DNA of 64,000 bases from Botryllus schlosseri (Eukaryota): contig CM119371.1 of the NCBI GenBank assembly GCA_051294905.1, forward strand, positions 34,598,001 to 34,662,000, read 5' to 3'. The notes beneath the pieces were generated by a model. It was not told where the DNA came from, made no database searches, and saw only the letters and a program-made list of their open reading frames with translations. Made by a program: the position numbers and the translations under genes. Positions 53,240 to 64,000 of this stretch are shown in pieces. Every line of letters starts with the position of its first letter. Positions within the stretch are counted from its first letter, which is position 1.

Positions 53240-54111
53240 TAGGGCGATTTTTTTTGACATGTCAAAAAAAGTCAAAATTAGGTCAAAATTGTAGCGTTAG
53301 GTCAAAAAATGTCAAAATTGTTGGCAAAGACGAAATTTTTTTGCAACCTGCATTTCGTTTGTATCGTAGATTTTGCACTGTCGGCGAACTTATCGTATGA
53401 CATTTTACAGCTTGTAGCCTACTTTATAGGCCTACCGTTGTATACGGCCCGTTGTCTGCTCATTGAGAATCATAAACATTCAAATGAAACATGGCTTACA
53501 TGGTGTTATGCTCAACGTACCGCAATATTCTAAGTGAACCAAGACTGCGTAAGCATTGCATGGTTTTTATATCAAGGAACGCATTATGAAAAATTATGAT
53601 GTACACCATTGTCAGAATGAAACAACACGGTTTATCACCAGCAGTGTACGCACAACTTCGGTGCTGTCAGCCAACAGCTGCTACAGTTGAACATTCTTTC
53701 TCCATTCTTGGCAAGCTACTTAGTAAGGAAAGACACTCTCTACCCGAGAATGTAGTAAAGTATCTTTCGTTGTATTTGAACAAATATTAATTATTTTTAC
53801 CATAATACGTGTTGTAACTACCGGAATTCTTCATAGGACCAGATTTCGTTGAAATAAAGTTTTTTCATGTAAAAAAATCGTCACATTTTGAGTCACAAAG
53901 TTTTTTGAGGGCAAACTACTTCGTAAGGACGGACAGTTCGAAGCAGAAATGAAGATAAGTAGTACAATTCTAACATTATGTAAGAAGACACCTAATTAGC
54001 ATACGTTGGGTCAAAATTTGGTCAACATTTACTTTTTAAAGTCAAAAAATGTCAAAATTTAGATTTTTTAGGTCAATATCTTGCGTTTTTTAGGTAAAAA
54101 AAATCGCCCTA
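53240..54111 (+). mobile_element. Internally deleted hAT transposon retaining the transposase C-terminal dimerisation fragment (53596-53790)
   Basis: TIR TAGGGCGATTTTTTTT; perfect TSD GTAATGAC; QPTAATVEHSFSILGKLL..PENVVKYL resembles the hAT PxTSxxVERSFS motif. Confidence 0.85.
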
Positions 54112-55183
54112 GTAATGACATAAGCATGCCTGATACTATAAAAAGGCAACTTGACTTGAATTTTGACTTGACTCGTGACTTGACTTGACTCGACTTGACT
54201 CGTGTCACTTCCAAAAATCGAGTGACTTGACTTGACTCGAGTTACCTTCGAAAACCGATTGACTTGACTTGACTCGAGTCAAAATGTGAAATGACTCGAT
54301 ATGACTCGTGACTCGAAGGTAGTGACTTGATCCCAACACTGGGCTCCAATCACTGGGTTTGCGGTCAATTGATTTGTGAAACGCAAAATCATTGAATGAA
54401 TGAAATTGGTCACTCGCATGCACGTCACGCAAGCGTATCGAGAACAATCCGAACATATCAAAGACACAGCTATTTTTCTTGACACGGCTTACTCGATGAC
54501 TTGAAATTGACTCGTAAATTGTGCTCCGAATCACTAGTCAATCCGCATTTTTGAAGCGCCGAGTCAAGTCAAGTCAAGTCATTTTTGCGAAGTGACTCGA
54601 GTCAAGTCAAGTCACACGAAAACGGTGACTCGATTCATCACAACACTGGAATATACACGCTTAGTGCACGAAACAAGAACCTGCCTGAGACTTGCACCAC
54701 GGTATAATTCAAACACAACATTTTAATCTAAATTACGCTTGCACGTAGAGAGGTGGGATGGTATGCACGTATAGGCATAATCTAATGCCTCCGTCTTTGC
54801 CGCAACACGAAATGAATGGCCTTAGCCTCAACATCTTGATAATTTGATTTCTCAGTGTTTATCCTCGAATCTTTGTACACTTGATGAGTAAATAGTCTCT
54901 TACAAACTCGACCGTCCATTCGAATTGAAGTTCTAGACACAACTGACCATATTCGTTATATTCATATTCATAAACCTCCATTGTTATTTCGTGACTCAGT
55001 ACTAAATGCAGCATTGGAGTGATACCATTGTACATGACTTAGGCGTTGAATTTAGGCTTTGAAATGGATGATGTAATGTGATTGTGCCGCATCCGTCTTA
55101 CTTGAGTCTATGATATCCCTAAATGTATAGATAAGAAAGGATATCGTTACAACTACATTGTATCGATTCTCGATTGTGGAGAG

Positions 55184-55360
55184 ATAGCGTAGTGGTAGGA
55201 TCCACAGCTGCAACACCAATGAGTTACGGATTCGAGTCCGACCGAGGTTGACTCCAGAATTCTTGCCTAAGTGTTGGATGTTTATCTGGGCTCGTCCTCT
55301 CCAAGTGATCCGCGTAAGCGGGGTCTTATAAAAAGCCAAGAAGTGGGCCGTGCTACTATA
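55184..55360 (+). mobile_element. tRNA-derived SINE
   Basis: A-box-like TAGCGTAGTGG and B-box-like GATTCGAGTCC; body shared with ~1735-1870 (+), ~43355-43476 (-) and ~46070-46255 (-). Confidence 0.65.
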
Positions 55361-55824
55361 GATCGGATTTTGAGCGGCCCGCAGAGAGTTTTTTCCCTGA
55401 TAGTGAAATTCCAATCCGAAAGTATTTGACTAATTTAATGCGTCACAGAATGAATCCAAGTTTGCCAAGCTGACAAGACAAGGCTGCATTCCAATAAATG
55501 ATGTTGACGTGCAGTTTTTACTAAGGATTTCAACATACGACAAACAGCCATAGTTCAAAGAACTTAAGTTGAAACTTGAAACTTTGTTCGACCACGGATG
55601 TTTGATTGACTTTAACAGCTATTGAAATACATCTGGGTAATAGATTCATCAAATACTGTTTTGGCCTCTATGCTTCAAACTTGACGTTTACGTTAAATCC
55701 GATATAGTGCTTGTATAGGTGGATACTGGATAATACGCGAATAATGTATCGACTATGTAATCCAGCCCGCCAAGTACTTCCTTTTCCCATATCAGGCCCG
55801 CTGACCGTAGAAGTTGCCCGCCCG

Positions 55825-56357
55825 TGGTCTAAGGCAATTTGACGGTAATTTTTGACCGGCTTACCGAGCACTAAATTTGATAAAACGGCTATCAATCGAA
55901 AGCTACTGCGGTACTGATTGCGAAAATATAAATTTTATTCTGCTCGTGCTCCTGGAACCCCCAAAATCAGCATCGAATGTTGCATTGTAACGGAGTTTGG
56001 TATTGTGACGCAACATGCCGACTGGGAGCAGGTGAGAACCGAGAAGCAGCGTAAACCGCGAACGTATTGGCTATTGTTGCGCAACCGATTGAACATTCGC
56101 ACTCTCACTCTCTTGTGCTCTTGCTTCTGAGCTTCTCAGACGACATGGTTGCGTCACAATACCTAACTTCGTCACAATGCAACATTCGATGCTGATGTTT
56201 TTTTTTTGTGGGGGGGGGGAGGGATTCCAGGACCACGAGCGGAATATAATTTATATTTTCGTAATGAGTGAAGCGGTAGCTTTCGATTGATATCCACTTT
56301 TCCAAATTTAATGCTCGAAAAGCCGACCAAAAATTGCCGTCAAATTGACTTTGACCA
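55825..56357. mobile_element. Non-autonomous element with ~85-bp imperfect terminal inverted repeats
   Basis: ~55825-55910 is the reverse complement of ~56272-56357 (ATCAATCGAAAGCTAC core). Confidence 0.7.
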
Positions 56358-58453
56358 AATGGAAAGTGTAACGTAGACCAATTTCACTGAGCCGTGAGAT
56401 TTGCTTGTGTCCACACCATATCGGACACTATGATTTTCATGCATACCCGTAAAATCGTAGCATACTGACATTAAAAATACATGAATTCGATGTATATGGG
56501 GCTTGGGTTGCAAGACGACGATAAAAATCAGATTTGGGTGGCGGTCTAATATGTTTAAGAACCACTGTTATACAGACTGGCGTAAATATTTTAACATCAC
56601 GTGATCTACTCAGTTGACGTATAGATCGCCAATGCCTTTAACGCTTCGGTTTGAAATCACCAGTCTAGAACATTCTAGAATGCCCTTGGGGAAGACTAGT
56701 CGAAACTGTTATTGACGGCACAGATATCTCGGCGATAACGTCTCTCAGTGAATTTCTAACAGTTTTTCTAAGCAAAAAGACGCATGCGGGTTCGGGAGTC
56801 GCGTATCGTACTCAACGCATTCCGAGTCGTAAAATTTCCATGTCGGTGTCGAGGGAGCTATGTATGGACTATACAGAATTTTGTAATTTTGCAGGGGGTA
56901 CGCGAGTAGTTTTAGCAAAATTGAATAGTGTGTATTTTCGAAGGTAGCAAGATTTGCAATACATGTCAAATATTTGTATGGTACTTACTCTACGTTTAAA
57001 CGTAATGAAAACAGCGTTGTCACGATTCATGCCTTCATTATACTACGTCGGTGTGTTTTGCGCTGGATGCTAGCATACTCATTCCAAATTTACTAAATTA
57101 TGACAGTTCCATGCAGATGTGGTCTTGTGTAGGTTCAGCCAGCGCGTCAATTTCGAGCGGTCGTTATAAATTGAATCAGACTTGCAGCCTCCGTCATAAA
57201 ATGGTGCAACAATTGTCGGGCAAGCTATGAGAATGATCACCCCAAATCATTTAAACTTTTCTAGACCTCACTTACAGCAGTTTCAGTAATACTTTAGGTC
57301 AAATTTGATGAAATCGAATCGCGCGAATTATGTCATTGATGATTAATTATCATGAAATCACCCACCATCATTGACGAGATCCCTGCACTAGTTCATTGCG
57401 CTAAATCATACCTTCACATTAGACCGTTTCTACTCCGCTAATATCGGTATTCTTGTCATGTGACCCACAGCCTCTACAAACACTGTTTCCCATTTAATTT
57501 GAAACCCGTTCCTTTCAATCAGATACAACGTGACTGATACGCGAACAGTGCCCAATGGCTTGCTATGTTATGCCACTTAAAATTTTGGGAATCACTGTTC
57601 TAGGGGATCGTTATTTGGCTGTGCAAACCAGTTTTCCGGAAAGATAGTTATCCTACACAATTAGCATTATCCGCTGTATGCGATATATACCCGTTTTTAA
57701 CAATCAATACTGAAAACGACTAGCAAATTTAATTTGTTTGCTTGGAAGAGAAATTTTGAATCCCTGTCTGCTTTTAATTCTTTTTTGTTGGACATGTATT
57801 ACTGTATATCGTGATAAGAGACTCTGTTTTACGGCTGTGTATTTGTATCCAATGTGTACTTGGCTAGCTTGAAACAAATATCCATCGATGTTAAATAGCG
57901 CGAAGCATTTCCGATAGACAACAACAATTATAGATTAGAGTTATCAAATCCCAAAATGTAGGGTTCACGTTTTGAACTCAGTCAAGTATCGATCCCTGCT
58001 ACCAGCAATGCTGCTATTTTGACTCGTGCTGGGAAGAAGGAAGGAAGATATATTACCGGTTACACAGTCGAGGGGACTTGGCAAGGGATGTACCAGAGAT
58101 ATCTGGAACTAGTTCTAGATACCCAGGGATGTTCTATATAATGTTACATTTCATAAATGTACGAACGAACTCAAGATTGTCGAGTCAGCATACACACACA
58201 GTCATTCTCATTTTGGCGTTATCCCGGAGCGTCTAGTCAAAAACATAAACACTTCAGTAATTAGTGCATGTAGTACTTTGCTTCCGTCCACCTGTGGGAA
58301 GCCGTGGATGCCAGATGATGCTAGCAGAGGGCATAAACTCACTACTTACCAAATACCAACCAAAGCTTTCATGTTGGATTCATTTTGTCTAGTATTATCA
58401 AGGGTCAAGTTGAAATATATTGATACATCATATCTTGTAGTCGCGGACTCGAC

Positions 58454-61400
58454 ATGAGGATTTCAATTTCCTGTTTCGCACTCCTTGTGTACGTGGTATA
58501 CGCGTCTGAAAGTGAGTTTACCTCTCATTATGTTGGGTGAAACCATTACAACAGAAATTATCACCGCTAATTCGCGGTCTAAAAATTTGTTACAGAAGGC
58601 GAAAAGGACCCAGTTGTAAATCACGTGAGTTGGTCCGCTGCTTCTGTAGAAACCGTCTTTGCCGGATGATGCGATTTCGGAATCAAAAGATATTACCAGA
58701 CTAAATGTTCCAGTTTTAATCGCTTACATTGCTTACATATTTTCAGTTGGGCCTTACTGCTGATGACGCTGGTTATGCACTCTACCGACCCGCCTACCGA
58801 CCCATATACGTACCTGTGTACCAACCCAGATACCTACCAGGGTACCAGCCACGTTATCAACTTCGTTACCAGCCTGCTCAGACACGAGGAGGATTGAGCA
58901 GCCTCTTACAAAGAACGGCTGTATACTATCTCATAAGTACGTGGTAAGTCCCCACGTAATAATGGGGCACCATTCGAATTTAGTAACGGCTGTTTTGATG
59001 AATTCGTGCTGGTTTGGATTTTCAAACATGTTGGGCCAGGCGACATAATACTGTAATGTACAGAGACGGGAAACACGCATCACTGAATCGAATCAATTTT
59101 AATGTCTTACTATTAGAATCGGGCATTTCGAATCAAATCGGCTAATGCTACCGGCGATGTGCACACTGCTCCCGTTCATTTAAGAGATCGGAATTTTGAA
59201 TTAGGCCAGTTATTAAAAAAATATGATGATATAAGCAGACATGGGGTGATTACTTTATGAATGTAATCGATTGCGATTACGATTACTTCTGAATCACGCG
59301 ATTACGATTACGATTACGATTACAGCTAAATCAGGAAGTAGTCGATTGCGATTACGATTACATTGGAAAAGTAATCACGATTACTCACGATTACATTTAT
59401 TTTGTTTCTTGGAACTAATCTCAGAAGATATATTGTAAGACAATATACGGATTGCTATGAAAAGGCATAATGAGATAACAACTTTCTATATTCATAATAC
59501 GTCATTTACCTGTTACGTCATAATGTACCCAATGCCCAACTTTTTAGGGGACTATTTATCGCAACCGCCGATTTGCCTTCTTGCCAGGTCTGTAACTGCC
59601 GCATCTCAAACTCCCGAATAGGGTGGGGAGCGAGCTCGAAGGGGACTCAAAAGTATTTTGTAAATTACAGGATATTTTCAAGAGATTTAATTAACTTGAA
59701 AAATTTCTCCGAGCTAGGCGATTTATTGTCTTTAGATAACTTGATTTGGAAATGCAAACGGGTGTCTCTCAAGAAAAAAAGCACGCTTAAGTTATAGGTA
59801 TAGGCATTTCGGTGTCGGTCATTACCGCACCACGACACACCAAAAGACATATGCAGTTTCGGCCAACATGCGACTCCGCGAAATGTGCTACCGAGGCCGA
59901 AACTGGAGTATGTGCATATTGTCAATGGCCGCGCTGGATGGGCGTGACGAATAGCCATGTCCTTCAAATCTGAGCCCCACAATACAAATGCCACCGGGGC
60001 ACCCACAGAAGAATGAAGACATGACAGTTTGTGTGTGCATCTCACGAACGTTTTAGTCTGCTACGTTAGGGTAACTACAATATGTTTTGATTATATAACA
60101 GACTGGAGGTCACGAATTAACAACATACAATAAAGCAAAACATAGCAGATATTATAATTATGAATTACGTGGCCCCAGCTCTGCCGGTAAATCTGACCAC
60201 CGGGAGTTGCAGCGGATTAAAAATGAATAGTAATATAATGCAATTGCCAATATTCTGACGAAATTCAATTGTCAACCTGAAAATTGACCACCCTGTGAAG
60301 CCCAAGACCAACGTTTGGAGTGGAGGGCAGAATTGCTGTTTTTTCCTGATTCTAGCTACAACCCAAGCTAGCATGGTGTATAAGCGGGTGGCTACGGCGA
60401 CAGGTCCAGAGTTTGAGTATAGAATTGCGAAATAACGATTGGCGCCCGTTCCAGGTAGAATCATATGAGGAAAAGATACCATGAACATAACATTCTGCCT
60501 TCCACTCAATACAGATAATGTAAGCTTCCATTACGAGAAACGGCAAGCAGCGGCTCGGTTATGATATATATCAGCAGCTGTTGGTTTTTAATGCTTCATT
60601 GTGGAAATCGCAATGTTTCTTTCATTTGACGAGTACAAAATTTCAAATCATAGGCCTACTTCCCGCCAAGCAACAACGGTCGAGCTGCATGTAGGCTAAC
60701 TATAAGAATAACCAGACATCATTACATAAGTTACTATTTGAAACTATAGGCATAGTGGTGAATATTATCCTGCTGCGAGGTAGTGGAGTCTGGAGTGTAT
60801 TGATAACCTGATATACAACATTGCAGGCGTTCTTATGATGACACTATAATTCATGTACATCGTATATCTATTTACAGTGTGTGGATACTTCTTAGGCAAT
60901 GGTGAGCAAATCTAATGCTTTTGGCGTAATAGTGAGCAGTGTCGTTTGAAAATCAGACGTTTGTGCTATCACTGAACCTGGTATAATACCTCTTCCTTGT
61001 TCACGAATGTTCAGTTCATGTCATAGTCCTTGTACAAATAGAAAGTAATCGTTCTTTCACAAATAAATCAATTAGATATGTGAAGTAGTCGATTAAGATT
61101 ACGATTACTTCGGAATTTTTTCGAATGTAATCGATTGCGATTACGATTACTTGCAAATGCTGTAATCGTCGTAATCGATTACGATTACTGATTGCGATTA
61201 CCCCATGTCTGGATATAAGTAGCATTGGAGGCCAATTCCAATCGGCTGTGATTCGATTTTGCCAGTCCCTAGTTATGATGCATCACTCACTCGTTTGATC
61301 TAAACATAATCTCCTATCCGGAGTGTAGACACAAGCAACGGGGAGGTCTTATGCCTTTGTAAAACATCGCTCTGTCATTTTTCTGGAGATACATGATGAT

Positions 61401-63124
61401 GTATCTCAGCTGGCTATGCATCTCTTGCATGTATGCTGCTCCGGTTACGTATTAAAATCGATTATTCTATGGTTTTAGAAATATATCTGATTGCTGTGCT
61501 GATAGATTTTGCCCAGAAATATGAGAGGGATACATTTATTCCATGAACAGATCTTTGCATCATTAGAGGCCTAGATCTATAGCAAAAATGTCTCCAGAGC
61601 CCCCCCCCCCCCCAGGGGACAATTTGGATTTTGAAGGGGGCGAAAACGCCCAGGGGGCAATGTGGGGGGGCGCTGGGCTCAGGGGGTGTTGGGCTCAGGG
61701 GGCGGTATGGGGGCACTGAAGAAATATGGCCTCGCAGTAGATGGTGTAGTAAGGACATATGGGTATACAGTAGAAAGATAGTTCTATATATCTATGAGCT
61801 CTCATTGCAAACTAACACTCGACAAAATCTGCCAAATCACGACGCATTACGTCACGCGTCGGGCGCAATATACCCCGACGATGGTTCCATGAATGCATTG
61901 GATTATTATAACTCATGTAAAATGAATTTCGCGTACTTTTGGATTGCCAATTCCCCGTTATAACGTTCCCGTCAAACTAGTCGGTTTATTTTCGACGAAA
62001 TCTTTCTAATTAGGTATTGTATCCTGCAGCGCACAGAGCGTCGAAATCGAAAAGGCACTGTGCCACTTTTGAGAGTGCCGCCCTTTGTACATTAGGGTTG
62101 TTCAAATATAACTTTTTTCCGGATTCCGGGGATTCGTTGATTAAATTGTTAGGTTGCCTGAAAACACTGCACGACAAATTTGGATCAATTCCAACAATTT
62201 CATGGGGTTGACAATAAAATTTGAAATTTATTTTTACATTTTTATATAACAACGTCCAAATTTTAAAGATGCTTTGAAGCTTTTTGGCCAAAATGATTAC
62301 CAAAATATGCAGGAGAGCTACAATATTTGAGAGCTACAAAATTAATCGTCAGAATATTTCTTCATCGTATCATAAAGGATGATACTGCTTAGAGTTGTGA
62401 CCCACATTCATGTTCAAGTTAAGAGCTTGGTTCGTATAGCCCTTACCCGATGGTTATAACAACCTTGATTTGATCCCGAATACAGCTCATACAATTATTA
62501 TATCATTAATTAGTCGATTGGTCCTCGGGAGCAACTCAAGCTGAAATGTTTCTCTAATAATGACGTCGCAATCCTAAACCGGACTTCGACCACTTGCCCC
62601 ATTGTTTTTTACTAGAGTCATTAAAACAGGGGGGCAGACCCGGGCAATTTTTGAAAGGGGGCACCGGAGGAAAAAAGGTTAAGAACCACTGATCTATAGA
62701 AAAAGCGCCGCAAATAGTTTGTTGGACGGTACCATATCACAATAGCAATAACCTACTGATGCAATAAATACTGCATGGATGTAATATTCCATGCAAATCA
62801 CACCCCACAGAATAAGTCACAGTTCACACCCAGTGCATTGAGTTCATTTGCGAGCAATCGCATCGTTTCCGCGTCGGGGCAGCTTTTTACAAACGCCATG
62901 AACCGTGTCCGTGGCTTGTATTAAATTGAGTGATCATTGTGGTTTCAACAGCCTTCATTCGCCCTGGTACAGTCGATTTCTGGATCTGACAAGCAGAGAG
63001 AATACTGATATACTCGTTTACAGGGTCTTTACTGTTTCCACCGACTACGACGGCAGCTCGAGCCTCGACCACAGTGGCTACTACTCCTACTATAGCGACC
63101 ACAGCAGCGCCTGAAACCACAGAG
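58454..63124 (+). CDS. Secreted protein, 5' exons: signal peptide, Tyr-x-Pro repeats, Thr-rich mucin-like linker; continues downstream
   Basis: Exons 58454-58511 (MRISISCFALLVYVVYASE), 58596-58624, 58747-58936 (YRPAYRPIYVPVYQPRYLPGYQPRYQLRYQP) and 63024-63124 (PPTTTAARASTTVATTPTIATTAAPETTE) have canonical sites and compatible phases. Confidence 0.8.
59236..61211. mobile_element. hAT-type element with GATTAC subterminal arrays
   Basis: TIR CAGACATGGGGT; perfect TSD GATATAAG; appears to lie inside an older AATCGAATC element (~59061-61271). Confidence 0.9.
61583..62691. mobile_element. CAGTGGTTCTTAACC-family element with decayed left TIR
   Basis: TSD ATCTATAG on both sides; right end GGTTAAGAACCACTG; inverted homology to the ends of 31893-33735. 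Another left end starts at 63465. Confidence 0.75.
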
Positions 63125-64000
63125 GTGAGAATACCTTCGGAATTGCTATTTTAGTAGTTGAAAACTTGCTGCAGAATCGTGCCCGTCAATATCCGACACG
63201 GCGTGAGTATACTCGTAGTGCGCCAGCACCTGATCTATAATTAGTTTCCAAGTACCAACCTGCAGTGGTAGGGAAGCAAGAAGCAACGCAGCTATCTGCC
63301 AACTGATAAGTCACTATTAAAGAATATTCGCAACAATCGCATTGCACGTGGACGAATCAAGTTGGCGCACGATGTAAACAATACAAGGTTGTTGCGAGCC
63401 TGCTACGTAGGCTACTATTATTGAATAGCTTCAAAGATGATGTTTTATTATTATTTGTTTACATCAATGGTTCTTAACCTATTTTTCTCCAGCGCCCCTT
63501 TTCAGAAATTTTCATGGTCTGGCACCCCCCCCCCCCATATTGCTGGTTGTACTAAATACGATGGGGTAGAAGTCAAAGGCCGATCGGTCTTGCCAGATTT
63601 GGACTTGTCTACATGTATTGGGAATAGTTCGCTCTTGAACCCAGCCCGATATCCCCCTAACTCTAACTAATTAGCGATCTGATAACTCGATTTCGTATTT
63701 TCCTGATCAAATCAAGGACAACTGTCGGGTACGGGCTCATATACCAATCGGATTCGAGCCCAATGTACCAACATCGATTTCACACCTGCGATTAGGGATA
63801 CGCCAAAGTTTTATTATTATTTTTTCTTCATTTCTTTTTGCGACAAATAAAGAAACCCCTGAAAATACTGCACCCGGCTTTCAAGTTTGACATGTATGTA
63901 CTCAAAACAATCTAACCTATAATATAAAACGTACAATCGTACATGTCACCTGTGAGGCTCTGAGTCACAAGACTGAGCAGAATCATTGTTTATGGTAAGA

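Larger units (their letters stand above)
51053..54341. mobile_element. Second GACTCGAGTC-family element, nested in opposite orientation
   Basis: CAGGGTTGGGAT/ATCCCAACACTG ends; perfect TSD GGCTCCAA. Confidence 0.85.
50768..54648. mobile_element. GAGTCAAGTC-family hAT element (outer shell of the nest)
   Basis: CAGTGTTG/CAACACTG ends; TSD AAATATAC/GAATATAC. Confidence 0.8.

Noticed and set aside
996..63670. Most remaining 60-150 aa ORFs in the track
   Set aside because: They lie in repeats, introns or antisense to exons, often with non-ATG starts and no recognisable motifs.

Overview
AT-rich animal (eukaryotic) genomic DNA with GT-AG introns, no operons and no CRISPR. The lectin type suggests an invertebrate chordate such as a stolidobranch ascidian (inference). 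Host genes: (1) the last two exons of a C-type-lectin-like gene (+, 2067-3297); (2) an intact tRNA-Glu(TTC) (28133-28204); (3) a reconstructed gene of at least 16 exons on the minus strand (50472 to ~30472) encoding a type I membrane receptor with a small CUB-like ectodomain and a long cytoplasmic tail made of duplicated symmetric exons carrying ITIM-like Tyr motifs; (4) the 5' exons of a secreted Tyr/Pro-repeat, Thr-rich protein (+, from 58454). The flanks are dense with non-autonomous hAT-type elements (8-bp TSDs, including a nest of four at 50768-54648), LINE 3' ends, tRNA-derived SINEs and a Chapaev3-like transposase relic. The main discovery is a ~14 kb, MITE-poor block of decayed, intronless coding DNA (~12.7-27 kb). 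By reading across frameshifts it yields a collinear RNA-primed family B DNA polymerase pseudogene (~19950-23850) that the ORF track misses. I interpret it as an ancient endogenous large dsDNA virus fragment, with motif spacing compatible with a herpesvirus-like origin. Two ORFs inside it have stayed open (422 codons; a C2H2 zinc finger) and are candidates for co-option. All calls come from manual reading; no database searches were run.
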